A stretch of 58,900 nucleotides of DNA, from the NCBI GenBank assembly GCA_021372425.1, contig JAJFUL010000296.1, positions 1 to 58,900 on the forward strand. The letters are read 5' to 3'. Source of the stretch: Spirochaetaceae bacterium. GTDB taxonomy: Bacteria; Spirochaetota; Spirochaetia; Treponematales; Rectinemataceae. Every line of letters starts with the position of its first letter. The first letter of the stretch is position 1. A program made the translations under genes and the position numbers. The notes below the pieces were generated by a model. That model was given only the letters and a program-made list of their open reading frames with translations. It made no database searches and was not told where the DNA came from. Below are positions 36,967 to 45,985 of the stretch, one piece after another.

Positions 36967-38199
36967 ATGTACGATTCGGTCAAGGGTGAACTGGCGCAGA
37001 AGCTCGCCGCCATCCGGAATGAAGGCCTCTACAAGGATGAAAGGATAATCGTCTCGCCGCAGGGAGCCTTGATCAGGGTGAACGACGGTGCGGAAGTGCT
37101 CAACTTCTGCGCGAACAACTATCTTGGCCTGGGCAATGACGAAAGCATCCGAAAGGCTGCTGTCGATGCCATGGATAAATGGGGTTATGGACTTTCCTCC
37201 GTCCGCTTCATCTGTGGGACACAGGCTCCGCACAAGGTGTTGGAACGAAAGGTCGCCGAATACCTGGGGACCGAGGACGCGATTCTCTTCTCTTCCTGTT
37301 TTGACGCAAACGGGGCAGTTTTCGAGCCTCTGCTCGATGAGGACTGCGCCATCATCACCGACAGTCTGAACCACGCTTCGATCATCGATGGCGTGAGACT
37401 CTGCAAGGCAAAACGCTGGGTTTTCAAGCACGCCGACATGCGCGACATAGAGGAACTTGATCCCGACACAGGCAAGACGGCCAAGGGGCTCGAGCGCTGC
37501 CTCAAGGAAGCCAAGGATGCGCGCATCCGGATGATTGCCACCGATGGTGTCTTCTCCATGGATGGCGATATTGCCAATCTGAAAGGAATCTGCGATCTGG
37601 CGGAAAAATACAACGCGCTCGTCATGGTGGATGATTCCCATGCGACAGGTTTCGTGGGCAAGACCGGCCGCGGCACCTGGGAATACTGCGGCGTGAAGGG
37701 CAGGGTGGACATTATCACCACAACCTTTGGCAAGGCCTTGGGTGGCGCTTCTGGTGGCGTCATTGCCTCGCGCAAGGAAATTGTCGAGTACATGCGGCAG
37801 AAGGCCAGACCCTATCTCTTCTCCAACACCGTCGCGCCTGCCATTGTCGGTGGAACCACGAGGGCGCTCGACATGCTGAGTTCATCGACGGTATTGAGGG
37901 ACAAACTCGAGGCGAATACGATCCGTTTCCGCGAGAAGATGACGGCCGCTGGTTTCGACATCAGGCCGGGCGTGCATCCAATCGTCCCCGTCATGCTCTA
38001 TGACGAGAAGCTGGCCCATGTCATGGCCGACGAGCTCCTAGACGAGGGCATCTACGTGATCGGCTTCTCCTTCCCAGTCGTGCCGCGCGGCAAGGCCAGG
38101 ATTCGCGTGCAGATTTCGGCTGCCCACGACTTCGACCAGATCGACAAGGCTGTGGCAGCCTTCACCGTGGTCGGGAGGAAGCTTGGCGTGATAAAATGA
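36967..38199 (+). CDS. kbl: Glycine C-acetyltransferase (2-amino-3-ketobutyrate CoA ligase)
   Basis: [38 protein letters not shown] (PLP Lys), typical alpha-oxoamine synthase. The length and end match Kbl. Confidence 0.9.
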   Translation: MYDSVKGELAQKLAAIRNEGLYKDERIIVSPQGALIRVNDGAEVLNFCANNYLGLGNDESIRKAAVDAMDKWGYGLSSVRFICGTQAPHKVLERKVAEYLGTEDAILFSSCFDANGAVFEPLLDEDCAIITDSLNHASIIDGVRLCKAKRWVFKHADMRDIEELDPDTGKTAKGLERCLKEAKDARIRMIATDGVFSMDGDIANLKGICDLAEKYNALVMVDDSHATGFVGKTGRGTWEYCGVKGRVDIITTTFGKALGGASGGVIASRKEIVEYMRQKARPYLFSNTVAPAIVGGTTRALDMLSSSTVLRDKLEANTIRFREKMTAAGFDIRPGVHPIVPVMLYDEKLAHVMADELLDEGIYVIGFSFPVVPRGKARIRVQISAAHDFDQIDKAVAAFTVVGRKLGVIK

Positions 38200-38244
38200 G
38201 GGGGGTAGCGCGGTTCATCGCCGCTTCCTTGAAAAGAATGCAGA

Positions 38245-38273
38245 GGCTGCCCGGAAAGGGTGGCCTTCTTTTT
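38245..38273 (+). terminator. Rho-independent terminator after kbl
   Basis: GGCTGCCC-GGAAA-GGGTGGCC stem (two G:U pairs) followed by TTCTTTTT. Confidence 0.6.
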
Positions 38274-38365
38274 GCCGAATCTCTGCGGTACTTTACGCTT
38301 TCCCCCTTTTTCGATATATTTCTTTACGTTTATTGCCGATTAAATGTTGATCGAGGTCTTGCGAT

Positions 38366-38680
38366 ATGCCTACGTATGAATATGAATGCCGTGCTTGCCA
38401 CCATACTTTCGAGAAATTCCAGTCCATGTCGGACGAGCCCGTGAAGGTATGCCCAAAATGTGGCAGCGCCGTCCGCAGAAAAATCGGCGGCGGATTAGGG
38501 GTTATCTTCAAAGGGTCGGGATTTTATTGCACCGATTCGAAAAAGACAAGCTCGGCGGCATTGACTGATTCGTCGTCCGGTTCCTCATCTGTTTCAAAGG
38601 AAAATACGGCAACGGCCACCGCGGGAGCAGCCACGGGCGCTGTATCCAGCCCTTCGCCGGGCGGCGGATCAAAAGCCTGA
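38366..38680 (+). CDS. FmdB-family zinc-ribbon protein with a Ser/Ala/Gly-rich tail
   Basis: MPTYEYECRACHHTFE...CPKCGS is the canonical FmdB/CxxC_CxxC_SSSS N-terminus. Confidence 0.8.
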   Translation: MPTYEYECRACHHTFEKFQSMSDEPVKVCPKCGSAVRRKIGGGLGVIFKGSGFYCTDSKKTSSAALTDSSSGSSSVSKENTATATAGAATGAVSSPSPGGGSKA

Positions 38681-39541
38681 TCAGACCGATCCGATAAGCC
38701 TCGCCTGGACATCTTCCAGCGGCATTTCGAGAAGATCCGGGTGGGCTATGAACCGGGCAAAAAGCGAAGCAGCCCTCGCAAAATACAGACCTTCAGAAAT
38801 TCTTTCATCGATGGTCAGTTTCATGCACATGCTGTGATGCTTGAGTCCGGCAGGCCCAAGGCGCCCTTCTTTCTGCTCCAGCTTCCCAAGGACTATGAAA
38901 ATGCTTACGTTTCCCCATTCGTAGAGATGATGGAATGGTGCGTCCAGTCCAATTGAACCCAAGTTTGCAAAATAGCAGGATGCGAAAAGAGGATCGGTAT
39001 CTATCAGAGAAGGCGGAGCGAGGTTGATCCTGTCCAAAAACCTGTATAGAGCCATGAGGACGGCTTTCCCGCCTGGTATTGCATGCACATAACGGACAAT
39101 CAGTTCACCCTTGCCCTCACCGTGCTCCCTTGCATAGGCGATAGCTTCGTTCACTTTCCTGGTCACTTCGGCAAGACCGTCCCCGGGCTTGAAAAAAACC
39201 TTGGCATTAACCTCCGGGGCTTCCTCGGACATCTGCTGCTTGACGATGAATGAAAAGGCAATGTGGTTACGCTGGTACAAGGCCCTGCCATGAACGAAGC
39301 GATTCAGTGCCGGACGAAGCGCCAGAGTCCGGACCGCAGCTGCCATGATCAATGCAAAAAGCGAATAACGTTCGATGGATGAGTCTTTCGCCTTGATATA
39401 ACGGAGCGCATTCTCGACATCGATTTCCTTCTCATAAAATACGGCGGAAGCGTTCCTCCCTCTCAACATGTAAGGCATCATCGCATTGATAGGATGCGGT
39501 TGCTTCACTCGCTTACCGTCGGACCTGTCGAAAAACAGCAT
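38681..39541 (-). CDS. Stand-alone E2/CAT-fold acyltransferase-like protein (2-oxoacid dehydrogenase catalytic-domain family) with an altered active-site motif
   Basis: The C-terminal LTIDERISEGLYFARAASLFARFIAHPDLL aligns with the E2 consensus DHRxxDGAxxAxFL, but reads DER/EG (38789-38809). There are no lipoyl or subunit-binding domains. Confidence 0.65.
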   Translation of the reverse strand: MLFFDRSDGKRVKQPHPINAMMPYMLRGRNASAVFYEKEIDVENALRYIKAKDSSIERYSLFALIMAAAVRTLALRPALNRFVHGRALYQRNHIAFSFIVKQQMSEEAPEVNAKVFFKPGDGLAEVTRKVNEAIAYAREHGEGKGELIVRYVHAIPGGKAVLMALYRFLDRINLAPPSLIDTDPLFASCYFANLGSIGLDAPFHHLYEWGNVSIFIVLGKLEQKEGRLGPAGLKHHSMCMKLTIDERISEGLYFARAASLFARFIAHPDLLEMPLEDVQARLIGSV

Positions 39542-39623
39542 ATTTTACTATACCGAGCGCATGTATCATGGTAAAGCCGCGAACCAGGACAGCCGAACCG
39601 GTTTCTCAAAATAATCATGCCCA

Positions 39624-40775
39624 TTGCGAGACATTCCTATTTTCCATGTGTTACTATTCCATAAGGAGGTGCAAAGCCCAACAATCAAGCGAGGAGGCGT
39701 CCACAAATTGGAGAAAGCCAGGGAATTGTTTGGCTCTCAAAGAATGCTTGTCGTGGCGAATGGACCTGAAAACGAAAGTATTCGTTCCGTAGACTACGAG
39801 CGATTCGACAGGCTCTGCAAAATCCTGAAGGCCGAAGGGGCCCAGGCGTCATGGAATTTCGTCGATTCCATCGAGACGCTTTCTTCGTTGCTTGAAATGG
39901 CAAAGCCCAGCCTAGTCTTGAGTTGTGTTGATCACCTGCCCGGAAAAAGCTGGAAAAGAGGGGAGGCCGTCCCTCAAAATCTGGCGAAAATCAATGTTCA
40001 TGACTGGTTTGAAAAGAGACACATTGCCTATGTGGGTTCTACTCCCGATGTCATCGAGCTGGCGCTTTCCAAGTCGGCGCTCAAGGAAAAATTCATTGCA
40101 GATGGCATCCTGACACCGGAATTTCTTACCTGCGGGTCATTCGATAAGATCCCCGGATTGACAGGTGCCGGATTGCCGCCATTCCCCTGCATAATCAAGC
40201 CCTTGGCCTCGGGCAATTCCCGGGGCATCGCCGATGATTCGGTTGTTTTCGACGAAGCCTCGCTGCACAGGAAAATTGGCCAAGTCCAGGACAAATATCC
40301 GAATATCCTCATTGAGCAGTATCTGGGAATATATCCGGATTTTCGCGAATTCACCTGCGCCTGCATCGGGAATGATGCGCATCGCCGGATAATGCCTGCC
40401 GAAATAGTCATGAAAACACCAAAGGCCATCCCTGTGGTCACCAATGCGGACAAAGAAGGACGCCGAACAGCGGCAATCAGGATCGATGATGCATACCTTC
40501 GCGGCCAGGCCGTCGATTTTGCTTCGCGCATTTTCCGGTCCGCTGGTATCCGGGATTATTCACGATGTGACATGGTTTATGCCGGTGACCGTTTCTGGGC
40601 CATAGAAGTGAATGGGCAACCCATGATTCCCGACGACTGGTTCAAGGCATGCTCGGAAAACGCAGGTCTGTCGGAATCACAATACTTGACTGGAATTTTC
40701 ATCGCTGCCCTGGAAAGGCTCCATCCAGACTTCCGACAGGAGGTTGAAGTGCGTGATGAAGATAGAAAGAAATGA
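39624..40775 (+). CDS. ATP-grasp ligase, D-alanine--D-alanine ligase-like
   Basis: CIIKPLASGNSRGI (compare Ddl VKPxxxGSSxGI), ILIEQYL, AIEVNGQPMI (compare EVNTxPG). The start is uncertain (TTG 39624, internal TTG after GAGGAGG, or ATG 39744). Confidence 0.7.
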   Translation: MRDIPIFHVLLFHKEVQSPTIKRGGVHKLEKARELFGSQRMLVVANGPENESIRSVDYERFDRLCKILKAEGAQASWNFVDSIETLSSLLEMAKPSLVLSCVDHLPGKSWKRGEAVPQNLAKINVHDWFEKRHIAYVGSTPDVIELALSKSALKEKFIADGILTPEFLTCGSFDKIPGLTGAGLPPFPCIIKPLASGNSRGIADDSVVFDEASLHRKIGQVQDKYPNILIEQYLGIYPDFREFTCACIGNDAHRRIMPAEIVMKTPKAIPVVTNADKEGRRTAAIRIDDAYLRGQAVDFASRIFRSAGIRDYSRCDMVYAGDRFWAIEVNGQPMIPDDWFKACSENAGLSESQYLTGIFIAALERLHPDFRQEVEVRDEDRKK

Positions 40776-42630
40776 CCGTATCGGACTGATTCATCCTGCA
40801 ATCGATGCCCATACGCTCGGCATCGTTTCGTTTTCCCAGCTAATGACTGAATGCCGGATACCTGCCATTGTTGCCGACGATGAAGTCAACCGGGACCTTG
40901 AACTTCTGGCTGCCGGAACAGGCGGAAGGGTCTTGTCGGCATGGCTGCAAAACGAGGGGATAAGCATACTTGGGTTCAGCTACCGACTCGATCCCGCCGA
41001 TGCGGCGGAAAAGTTCGGTCATCTTCATGATTTCCTCTGCAGGCAGAGGATGCTGGCAGCCTATGGCGGCAGAATCAGGGGACTGCTTTTTGCTGGTTTG
41101 CCGGAGGCCTGCTCGATGATCCAGGAGCGCTACCCTCGGGTTGGCTGCCTTTTCAAGGGCGATGAGACTCCCGAAGAGACGCTTGCCTTGCTCGGCATTT
41201 CGGTACAAATGCTGCCAGCATCACTTTATGGCGGGATGGGCTATGACACTGAGCGGATGCAGCTTGGCCGGGAAATCATTAATGCTGGTGACTATCTGGA
41301 TGAGCAACCTGCCCCTGCGGCAACATATCCCCAATTTGGGCAGAGGGGCGACACGGTCAATGCCCGGATCAGCAATTACGGGCAACGGGGCATGCTTCCG
41401 CTTATCCGCGTTCATGCGGGCCCTTATCTCCCGGACAGAAAGGAAGCCGTTGCGCTTTTCGGGGATTGGACCAGGACATTGGCATCGAGCGGGTTTCTCG
41501 ACGTACTGTCAATCGGGACTTCGCAGCTGACCCAGTCCAATTTTGGAGAAGACTGGCAGGGAAAAAACAATGGGGGCGGCGTACCGATCAACAGCGCAGC
41601 CGAATTTGCCGGGGTATGGGAGGCTGCCAGGCCTATGCTCGTGCGGACGTATGCTGGCAGCAACAATATCATATCGCTTGCAAGGCTCTACGAAGAGACG
41701 ATCGATAATGCCTGGCACGCACTGTCTTTCTGGTGGTTCTGTCAGATTGATGGCAGAGGGCCGAACAGGGTCCTTGCGAATCTGCATGAGCATTTCGCTG
41801 CGATAAAGTATATCGCTTCGACAGGAAAAGCTTTCGAGCCAAATGTACCGCATCATTTTGCTTTCCGTGGGTCTGATGATCTCAGCTATGTGGTTTCAGG
41901 CTATGTGGCGGCAAAGGCCGCAAAGAAATGCGGCATCCACAGCCTGATCCTGCAGACAATGCTGAATACGCCAAAGACCACCTGGGGCATACAGGACCTG
42001 GCGAAAGCCCGCGCGCTCACCAGGCTTGTACGGACGCTGGAAGATGAAAGTTTCAAGGTCTTCCTGCAGCCAAGGGGAGGGCTGGATTATTTCTCGCCCG
42101 ACCCCGCAAAGGCGAAGGCGCAGCTGGCTGCAGTCACCATGCTGATGGATGATATTGAGCCCGACTCGGTTTCCAGCCCGCAGATCATTCATGTTGTCAG
42201 CTATTCCGAGGCATGCAGACTCGCTGATCCGCCAATAATGATAGAGAGCATTAAGATTGCGCGTTATGCGCTTCATCAGTACAGAAAAGCAAAAACCTGC
42301 GGTTTCCTGTTCGGCTTCCTGAATGGGGAAGAGCTGAAATACAGGGAATCTGCACTTCTCGATGATGCAAGGAAGATGGTCTCGACACTGGAAAGCTTGA
42401 TTCCGGACCTTTATTCTCCGGAAGGATTCTACCGGATGATGGTCGCAGGGGTCTTTCCGCTTCCATGGCTTACATCCTGCAGGGAAGAATTCCCGGCCGC
42501 AGTCTCGATTCAGACAAAAATGGCTTGCGGCGGCATAAAGGCCGTAGACAGTGCCGGCCGAGTTCTTTTGATCGGCGAGCGCATAGCCATGATCACGGAG
42601 AATCTGAAGCGGCAAGAGGTCGGAGTGTAG
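40756..42630 (+). CDS. Putative cobalamin-binding-domain protein fused to a large (~480 aa) uncharacterised domain
   Basis: The N-terminal RIGLIHPAIDAHTLGIVS contains DxHxxG (40804-40821) in a flavodoxin-like beta-alpha pattern, with ...ILGFSYRL further on. I cannot assign the rest to a family. AGGAGG upstream. The gene overlaps the ATP-grasp stop. Confidence 0.6.
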   Translation: MKIERNDRIGLIHPAIDAHTLGIVSFSQLMTECRIPAIVADDEVNRDLELLAAGTGGRVLSAWLQNEGISILGFSYRLDPADAAEKFGHLHDFLCRQRMLAAYGGRIRGLLFAGLPEACSMIQERYPRVGCLFKGDETPEETLALLGISVQMLPASLYGGMGYDTERMQLGREIINAGDYLDEQPAPAATYPQFGQRGDTVNARISNYGQRGMLPLIRVHAGPYLPDRKEAVALFGDWTRTLASSGFLDVLSIGTSQLTQSNFGEDWQGKNNGGGVPINSAAEFAGVWEAARPMLVRTYAGSNNIISLARLYEETIDNAWHALSFWWFCQIDGRGPNRVLANLHEHFAAIKYIASTGKAFEPNVPHHFAFRGSDDLSYVVSGYVAAKAAKKCGIHSLILQTMLNTPKTTWGIQDLAKARALTRLVRTLEDESFKVFLQPRGGLDYFSPDPAKAKAQLAAVTMLMDDIEPDSVSSPQIIHVVSYSEACRLADPPIMIESIKIARYALHQYRKAKTCGFLFGFLNGEELKYRESALLDDARKMVSTLESLIPDLYSPEGFYRMMVAGVFPLPWLTSCREEFPAAVSIQTKMACGGIKAVDSAGRVLLIGERIAMITENLKRQEVGV

Positions 42631-42655
42631 TAGCCCGGACGCACGAGGAGAAAAC

Positions 42656-43801
42656 ATGGATAATGATTCGGTATGGACTGAAGCGATAGCCAGAGTGGAC
42701 AAGGCAGCGGAAAAAGGCGACAGACTCGTCTGGTGCGTCGTCGGCGCCGGTAACGGCGGCCTGTCGATGGCGGGGCACCTCGGCCTGAAAGGCTTTCGCG
42801 TCCATCTCTACAACAGGACAGAAGAGCACCTCGCCGCCGTGAAATGGTTCAAGGGAATCGAGGTGGAAGGCGCCGTCAGCGGTACCGGCCCGATAGACCT
42901 TGCCACTTCGTCGATGGAGGATGCACTGGAAGAGGCAGATGTCATCATGATCGTGACGCCGGCGACCGCGCATTTTCCGCTGGCCTGTTGCATGGCGCCG
43001 TTTCTGAAGACTGGCCAGATTGTCATCCTCAATCCCGGCAGAACTGGAGGCGCTCTCGAGTTCAGGGAAGCTCTGCGGAGCATGAACTGCCCCGCGCGGC
43101 CAGTCATCGTGGAAGCACAGACATTCATCTATGCCTCGAGGATGGTCAACAGACATAAAGGTCATATCTATGGGATCAAGAACAGCGTCGCAGTGAGCGC
43201 GCTTCCTTCTTTCCTCACTCCATCCGTCCTCAGGGTCATAAACCAGGCTTTTCCGCAATTCACCGCCGGGAGCAATGTCCTTGCGACAAGTCTCGAGAAT
43301 ATCGGTGCGGTGTTCCATCCAGCGCTTACCTTGCTCAATGCAGGGTGGATCGAATCCACGGGCGGCGACTTCGAGTATTACCTGCAAGGGATTTCGCCTT
43401 CCGTCGCGATACTACTGCAGAGCATCGACGATGAACGGCTCGCCATAGCGAATGCATTGGGGATCAGGAGCGTCTCGGCCAGGGAGTGGCTCTATCTGAC
43501 CTATGATTCTTCAGGGGATGACCTGTATCACGCGATAAAGGCTACGGTCAGCTATGTCGGAATCAAGGCTCCGACCAGTATCAATCACCGATACATCTGG
43601 GAGGATGTCCCGATGAGCCTTGTTCCCATGTCTTCCATCGGCGCAATGCTCGGAATAAAGACACCCACGATTGATCTGGTCATCCATCTGGCGGAATTGA
43701 TGACAGGCGAGGATTACAGGGAAAAAGGCAGAACGGTGCGCCGCTTGGGCATCGAAGGACTTTCTATCGAGCAGATCCACAGGCTCGTGGCTGAGGGCTG
43801 A
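42656..43801 (+). CDS. NAD(P)-dependent opine dehydrogenase (octopine/nopaline dehydrogenase family)
   Basis: N-terminal VVGAGNGGLSMAGHLGLKG Rossmann. The central and C-terminal regions are typical of the Octopine_DH family (NIGAVFHPALTLLNAGWIE, ...YIWEDVP). GAGGAG 5 nt upstream of the ATG. Confidence 0.8.
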   Translation: MDNDSVWTEAIARVDKAAEKGDRLVWCVVGAGNGGLSMAGHLGLKGFRVHLYNRTEEHLAAVKWFKGIEVEGAVSGTGPIDLATSSMEDALEEADVIMIVTPATAHFPLACCMAPFLKTGQIVILNPGRTGGALEFREALRSMNCPARPVIVEAQTFIYASRMVNRHKGHIYGIKNSVAVSALPSFLTPSVLRVINQAFPQFTAGSNVLATSLENIGAVFHPALTLLNAGWIESTGGDFEYYLQGISPSVAILLQSIDDERLAIANALGIRSVSAREWLYLTYDSSGDDLYHAIKATVSYVGIKAPTSINHRYIWEDVPMSLVPMSSIGAMLGIKTPTIDLVIHLAELMTGEDYREKGRTVRRLGIEGLSIEQIHRLVAEG

Positions 43802-43853
43802 GGCCTGCAGCGCAGAGCCTCAGGAATACTTTTCCAGGATATGGAGGATAGTA

Positions 43854-44540
43854 ATGCAGGAAGCAAAATTGCTATTGGAGTCATACTTGTCCGCCTTGCC
43901 GCCATTCTTTGCGGCCTTGCTGACATTCCTGATCGGGTGGGCGATCGCGGGAGCGATCAAATTCCTCCTGCCAAAGCTGCTCGTGCTGCTGCGGTTTGAC
44001 AGGCTCTGCAACAAGATCGGATTGACCGCCTTTCTTGAAAAAGGCAAGGTCAAGCACAACCCTTCGGAACTGCTGGGCATCCTTGTATTCTGGATACTGA
44101 TGGTAGTGACACTCATCAATACTATTTCATTGCTTGACAATAATATAGCATCTTCAATCCAGGAAACGATGACTTCAGTCTTTCCCCATCTCCTTGCAGC
44201 GGGGCTGATCGTCATCATCGGGGTTATCATCGTCACCTTCCTCTCAAATTTTTTCGTAACAATAGCCAGGAATGCGGCCATGAAAAATCCGGAGCTTATT
44301 GGCAAGGCCATAAAGACCCTGGGCAGCATCATTGTGCTAATCATCGCACTGGAACAGCTGGGAATGGGGGAAACGATCATGAGCGCCTTGCTTGTCATCA
44401 TGTTCGCTGCCATTGCCTTGGGCCTCGCCCTGGCCTTCGGTTTGGGCTGCAAGGACATGGCCAGGAAAGCTGCCGAGGGTTTTATCCGGAACTTAACGGA
44501 GAAGGAGCGGAACAAACAGGGGACCGACCTGGAGGGATGA
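43854..44540 (+). CDS. Integral membrane protein with repeated conserved-TM-helix motifs (MscS-related TM_helix type)
   Basis: Four hydrophobic helices with internally similar flanks, and a charged C-terminus. The family call is tentative. Confidence 0.55.
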   Translation: MQEAKLLLESYLSALPPFFAALLTFLIGWAIAGAIKFLLPKLLVLLRFDRLCNKIGLTAFLEKGKVKHNPSELLGILVFWILMVVTLINTISLLDNNIASSIQETMTSVFPHLLAAGLIVIIGVIIVTFLSNFFVTIARNAAMKNPELIGKAIKTLGSIIVLIIALEQLGMGETIMSALLVIMFAAIALGLALAFGLGCKDMARKAAEGFIRNLTEKERNKQGTDLEG

Positions 44541-44605
44541 AGCAGGTCAGGGGTCGAATAGGGCGCCTGTCTTGTTTAGCTTTTCATAAAAAGAAAAAGC
44601 AAATT

Positions 44606-44647
44606 TATGCAGAATAATTGACATTATAAGCATAATTATACTATTAT
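44606..44647 (+). promoter_or_regulatory. Candidate argG promoter with an overlapping ARG-box-like site
   Basis: TTGACA (44618-44623), 18 nt spacer, TATTAT (44642-44647). The ATG follows 7 nt after the -10 and there is no SD. TATGCAGAATAATTGACA (44606-44623) matches the E. coli ARG-box consensus TNTGAATWWWWATTCANW at most positions. Confidence 0.35.
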
Positions 44648-44653
44648 TCCCCC

Positions 44654-45928
44654 ATGAAGAAGATAGTTCTTGCATATTCAGGTGGTCTTGACACAACTGT
44701 AATCGTGCCATGGCTCAAGGAAAACTATGATTGTGAAGTGATCGCCGCGTGTGGGGATGTGGGACAGGAGACGGATTGGGACAAGCTCGAAGCGCGTGCC
44801 CTTGCCTCCGGAGCCTCGAAGTTCATCAAGCTCGACCAGAAGGACGAGTTTGTCAGCAAGTATCTCATGTCTCTGGTCAAGGCCGGATCGCCTTACGAGA
44901 AGAAATACCTTCTGGGAACTTCGGCTGCTCGCCCGCTCCTTGCAAAAGGATTGGCGGAAGTAGCGCTGGCTGAAGGTGCGCAGGCGATTGCCCATGGCTG
45001 CACTGGCAAGGGGAACGACCAGGTGCGTTTCGAGCTGGGGATCAAGGCCTTTGCGCCGGATATGGAAGTCATCGCTCCCTGGCGGATCTGGGAAATCCAG
45101 AGCAGGGAAGAGGAGATTGCCTACCTCGAGAAGCGTGGGATTCCCGTGCCAATGAAGAAGTCGGATTCCTATTCGCGCGACGACAATCTTTGGCACATCA
45201 GCCACGAGGGTCTTGACCTGGAAGATCCGGCCAACGAACCTCATTATGATGGCATGCTGAAAATGTGCACGACTCCAGAAAAGGCGCCTGACAAGGCTGA
45301 ATATGTCTCGATTGAATTCGAGAAGGGTGAGCCAATTGCCGTGAATGGCGAGCGACTCGATCCGGTTTTGATAGTGAAAAAGCTGAATGTCATCGGTGGA
45401 AGAAACGGCATCGGTATCGTGGACATGGTCGAGAACAGGGTGATCGGCATGAAATCCCGCGGCGTGTACGAGACACCGGGCGGCACGATCATCATGGAAG
45501 CCCACGACAAGCTCGAACAGCTCTGCCTGGACAAGAAGACCCTTTCGTTCAAGATGACCGTGGCGCAGCGATTTGCCGAGATTCTCTACGAAGGCGAATG
45601 GTTCTCGCCGCTCTGCACAGCGCTCCAGGCCTTCGTCGACTCGACACAGGAGATGGTCTGCGGAACTGTCAGGCTCAAGCTTTACAAGGGATCGATGATG
45701 TCAGCGGGGACGACGTCGCCTTATTCGCTTTATGATGCGAGCCTTGCGAGCTTTACGACCGGTCCACTCTTCTCGCACAAGGATTCGACAGGATTCATCA
45801 ATCTGTTCGGCCTGCCGACAAAGGTCAGGGCCAAGCTGAACGCCAACATAGCGGTGCACGGTACGGCCAAAGCCACGGACGCGGCCAGCCCGGGAAGCAC
45901 GGGATTCACGCCGCCGTCGGGAGACTGA
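44654..45928 (+). CDS. argG: Argininosuccinate synthase
   Basis: [38 protein letters not shown], canonical. Confidence 0.95.
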   Translation: MKKIVLAYSGGLDTTVIVPWLKENYDCEVIAACGDVGQETDWDKLEARALASGASKFIKLDQKDEFVSKYLMSLVKAGSPYEKKYLLGTSAARPLLAKGLAEVALAEGAQAIAHGCTGKGNDQVRFELGIKAFAPDMEVIAPWRIWEIQSREEEIAYLEKRGIPVPMKKSDSYSRDDNLWHISHEGLDLEDPANEPHYDGMLKMCTTPEKAPDKAEYVSIEFEKGEPIAVNGERLDPVLIVKKLNVIGGRNGIGIVDMVENRVIGMKSRGVYETPGGTIIMEAHDKLEQLCLDKKTLSFKMTVAQRFAEILYEGEWFSPLCTALQAFVDSTQEMVCGTVRLKLYKGSMMSAGTTSPYSLYDASLASFTTGPLFSHKDSTGFINLFGLPTKVRAKLNANIAVHGTAKATDAASPGSTGFTPPSGD

Positions 45929-45930
45929 GG

Positions 45931-45955
45931 AAGGCCGCTGGCAACAAGCGGCCTT
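45931..45955 (+). other. Intercistronic stem-loop between argG and argH
   Basis: Perfect 9-bp stem AAGGCCGCT/AGCGGCCTT with a 7-nt loop, 3 nt after the argG stop. There is no long T-tract. Confidence 0.4.
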
Positions 45956-45985
45956 TATGGAATAAACTGGACGGCGGAAACAAGT

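Noticed and set aside
36093-36989. 298-aa ORF in another frame across the xth 3' end and the rhomboid gene
   Set aside because: It is R/P/G-rich with no motifs. The xth and rhomboid frames both show canonical catalytic signatures.
44624-44641. A second, tandem ARG box downstream of the first
   Set aside because: The best alignment to the 18-nt consensus fails at more than half of the defined positions. Only a loose GCA(N)ATAATT direct repeat remains.
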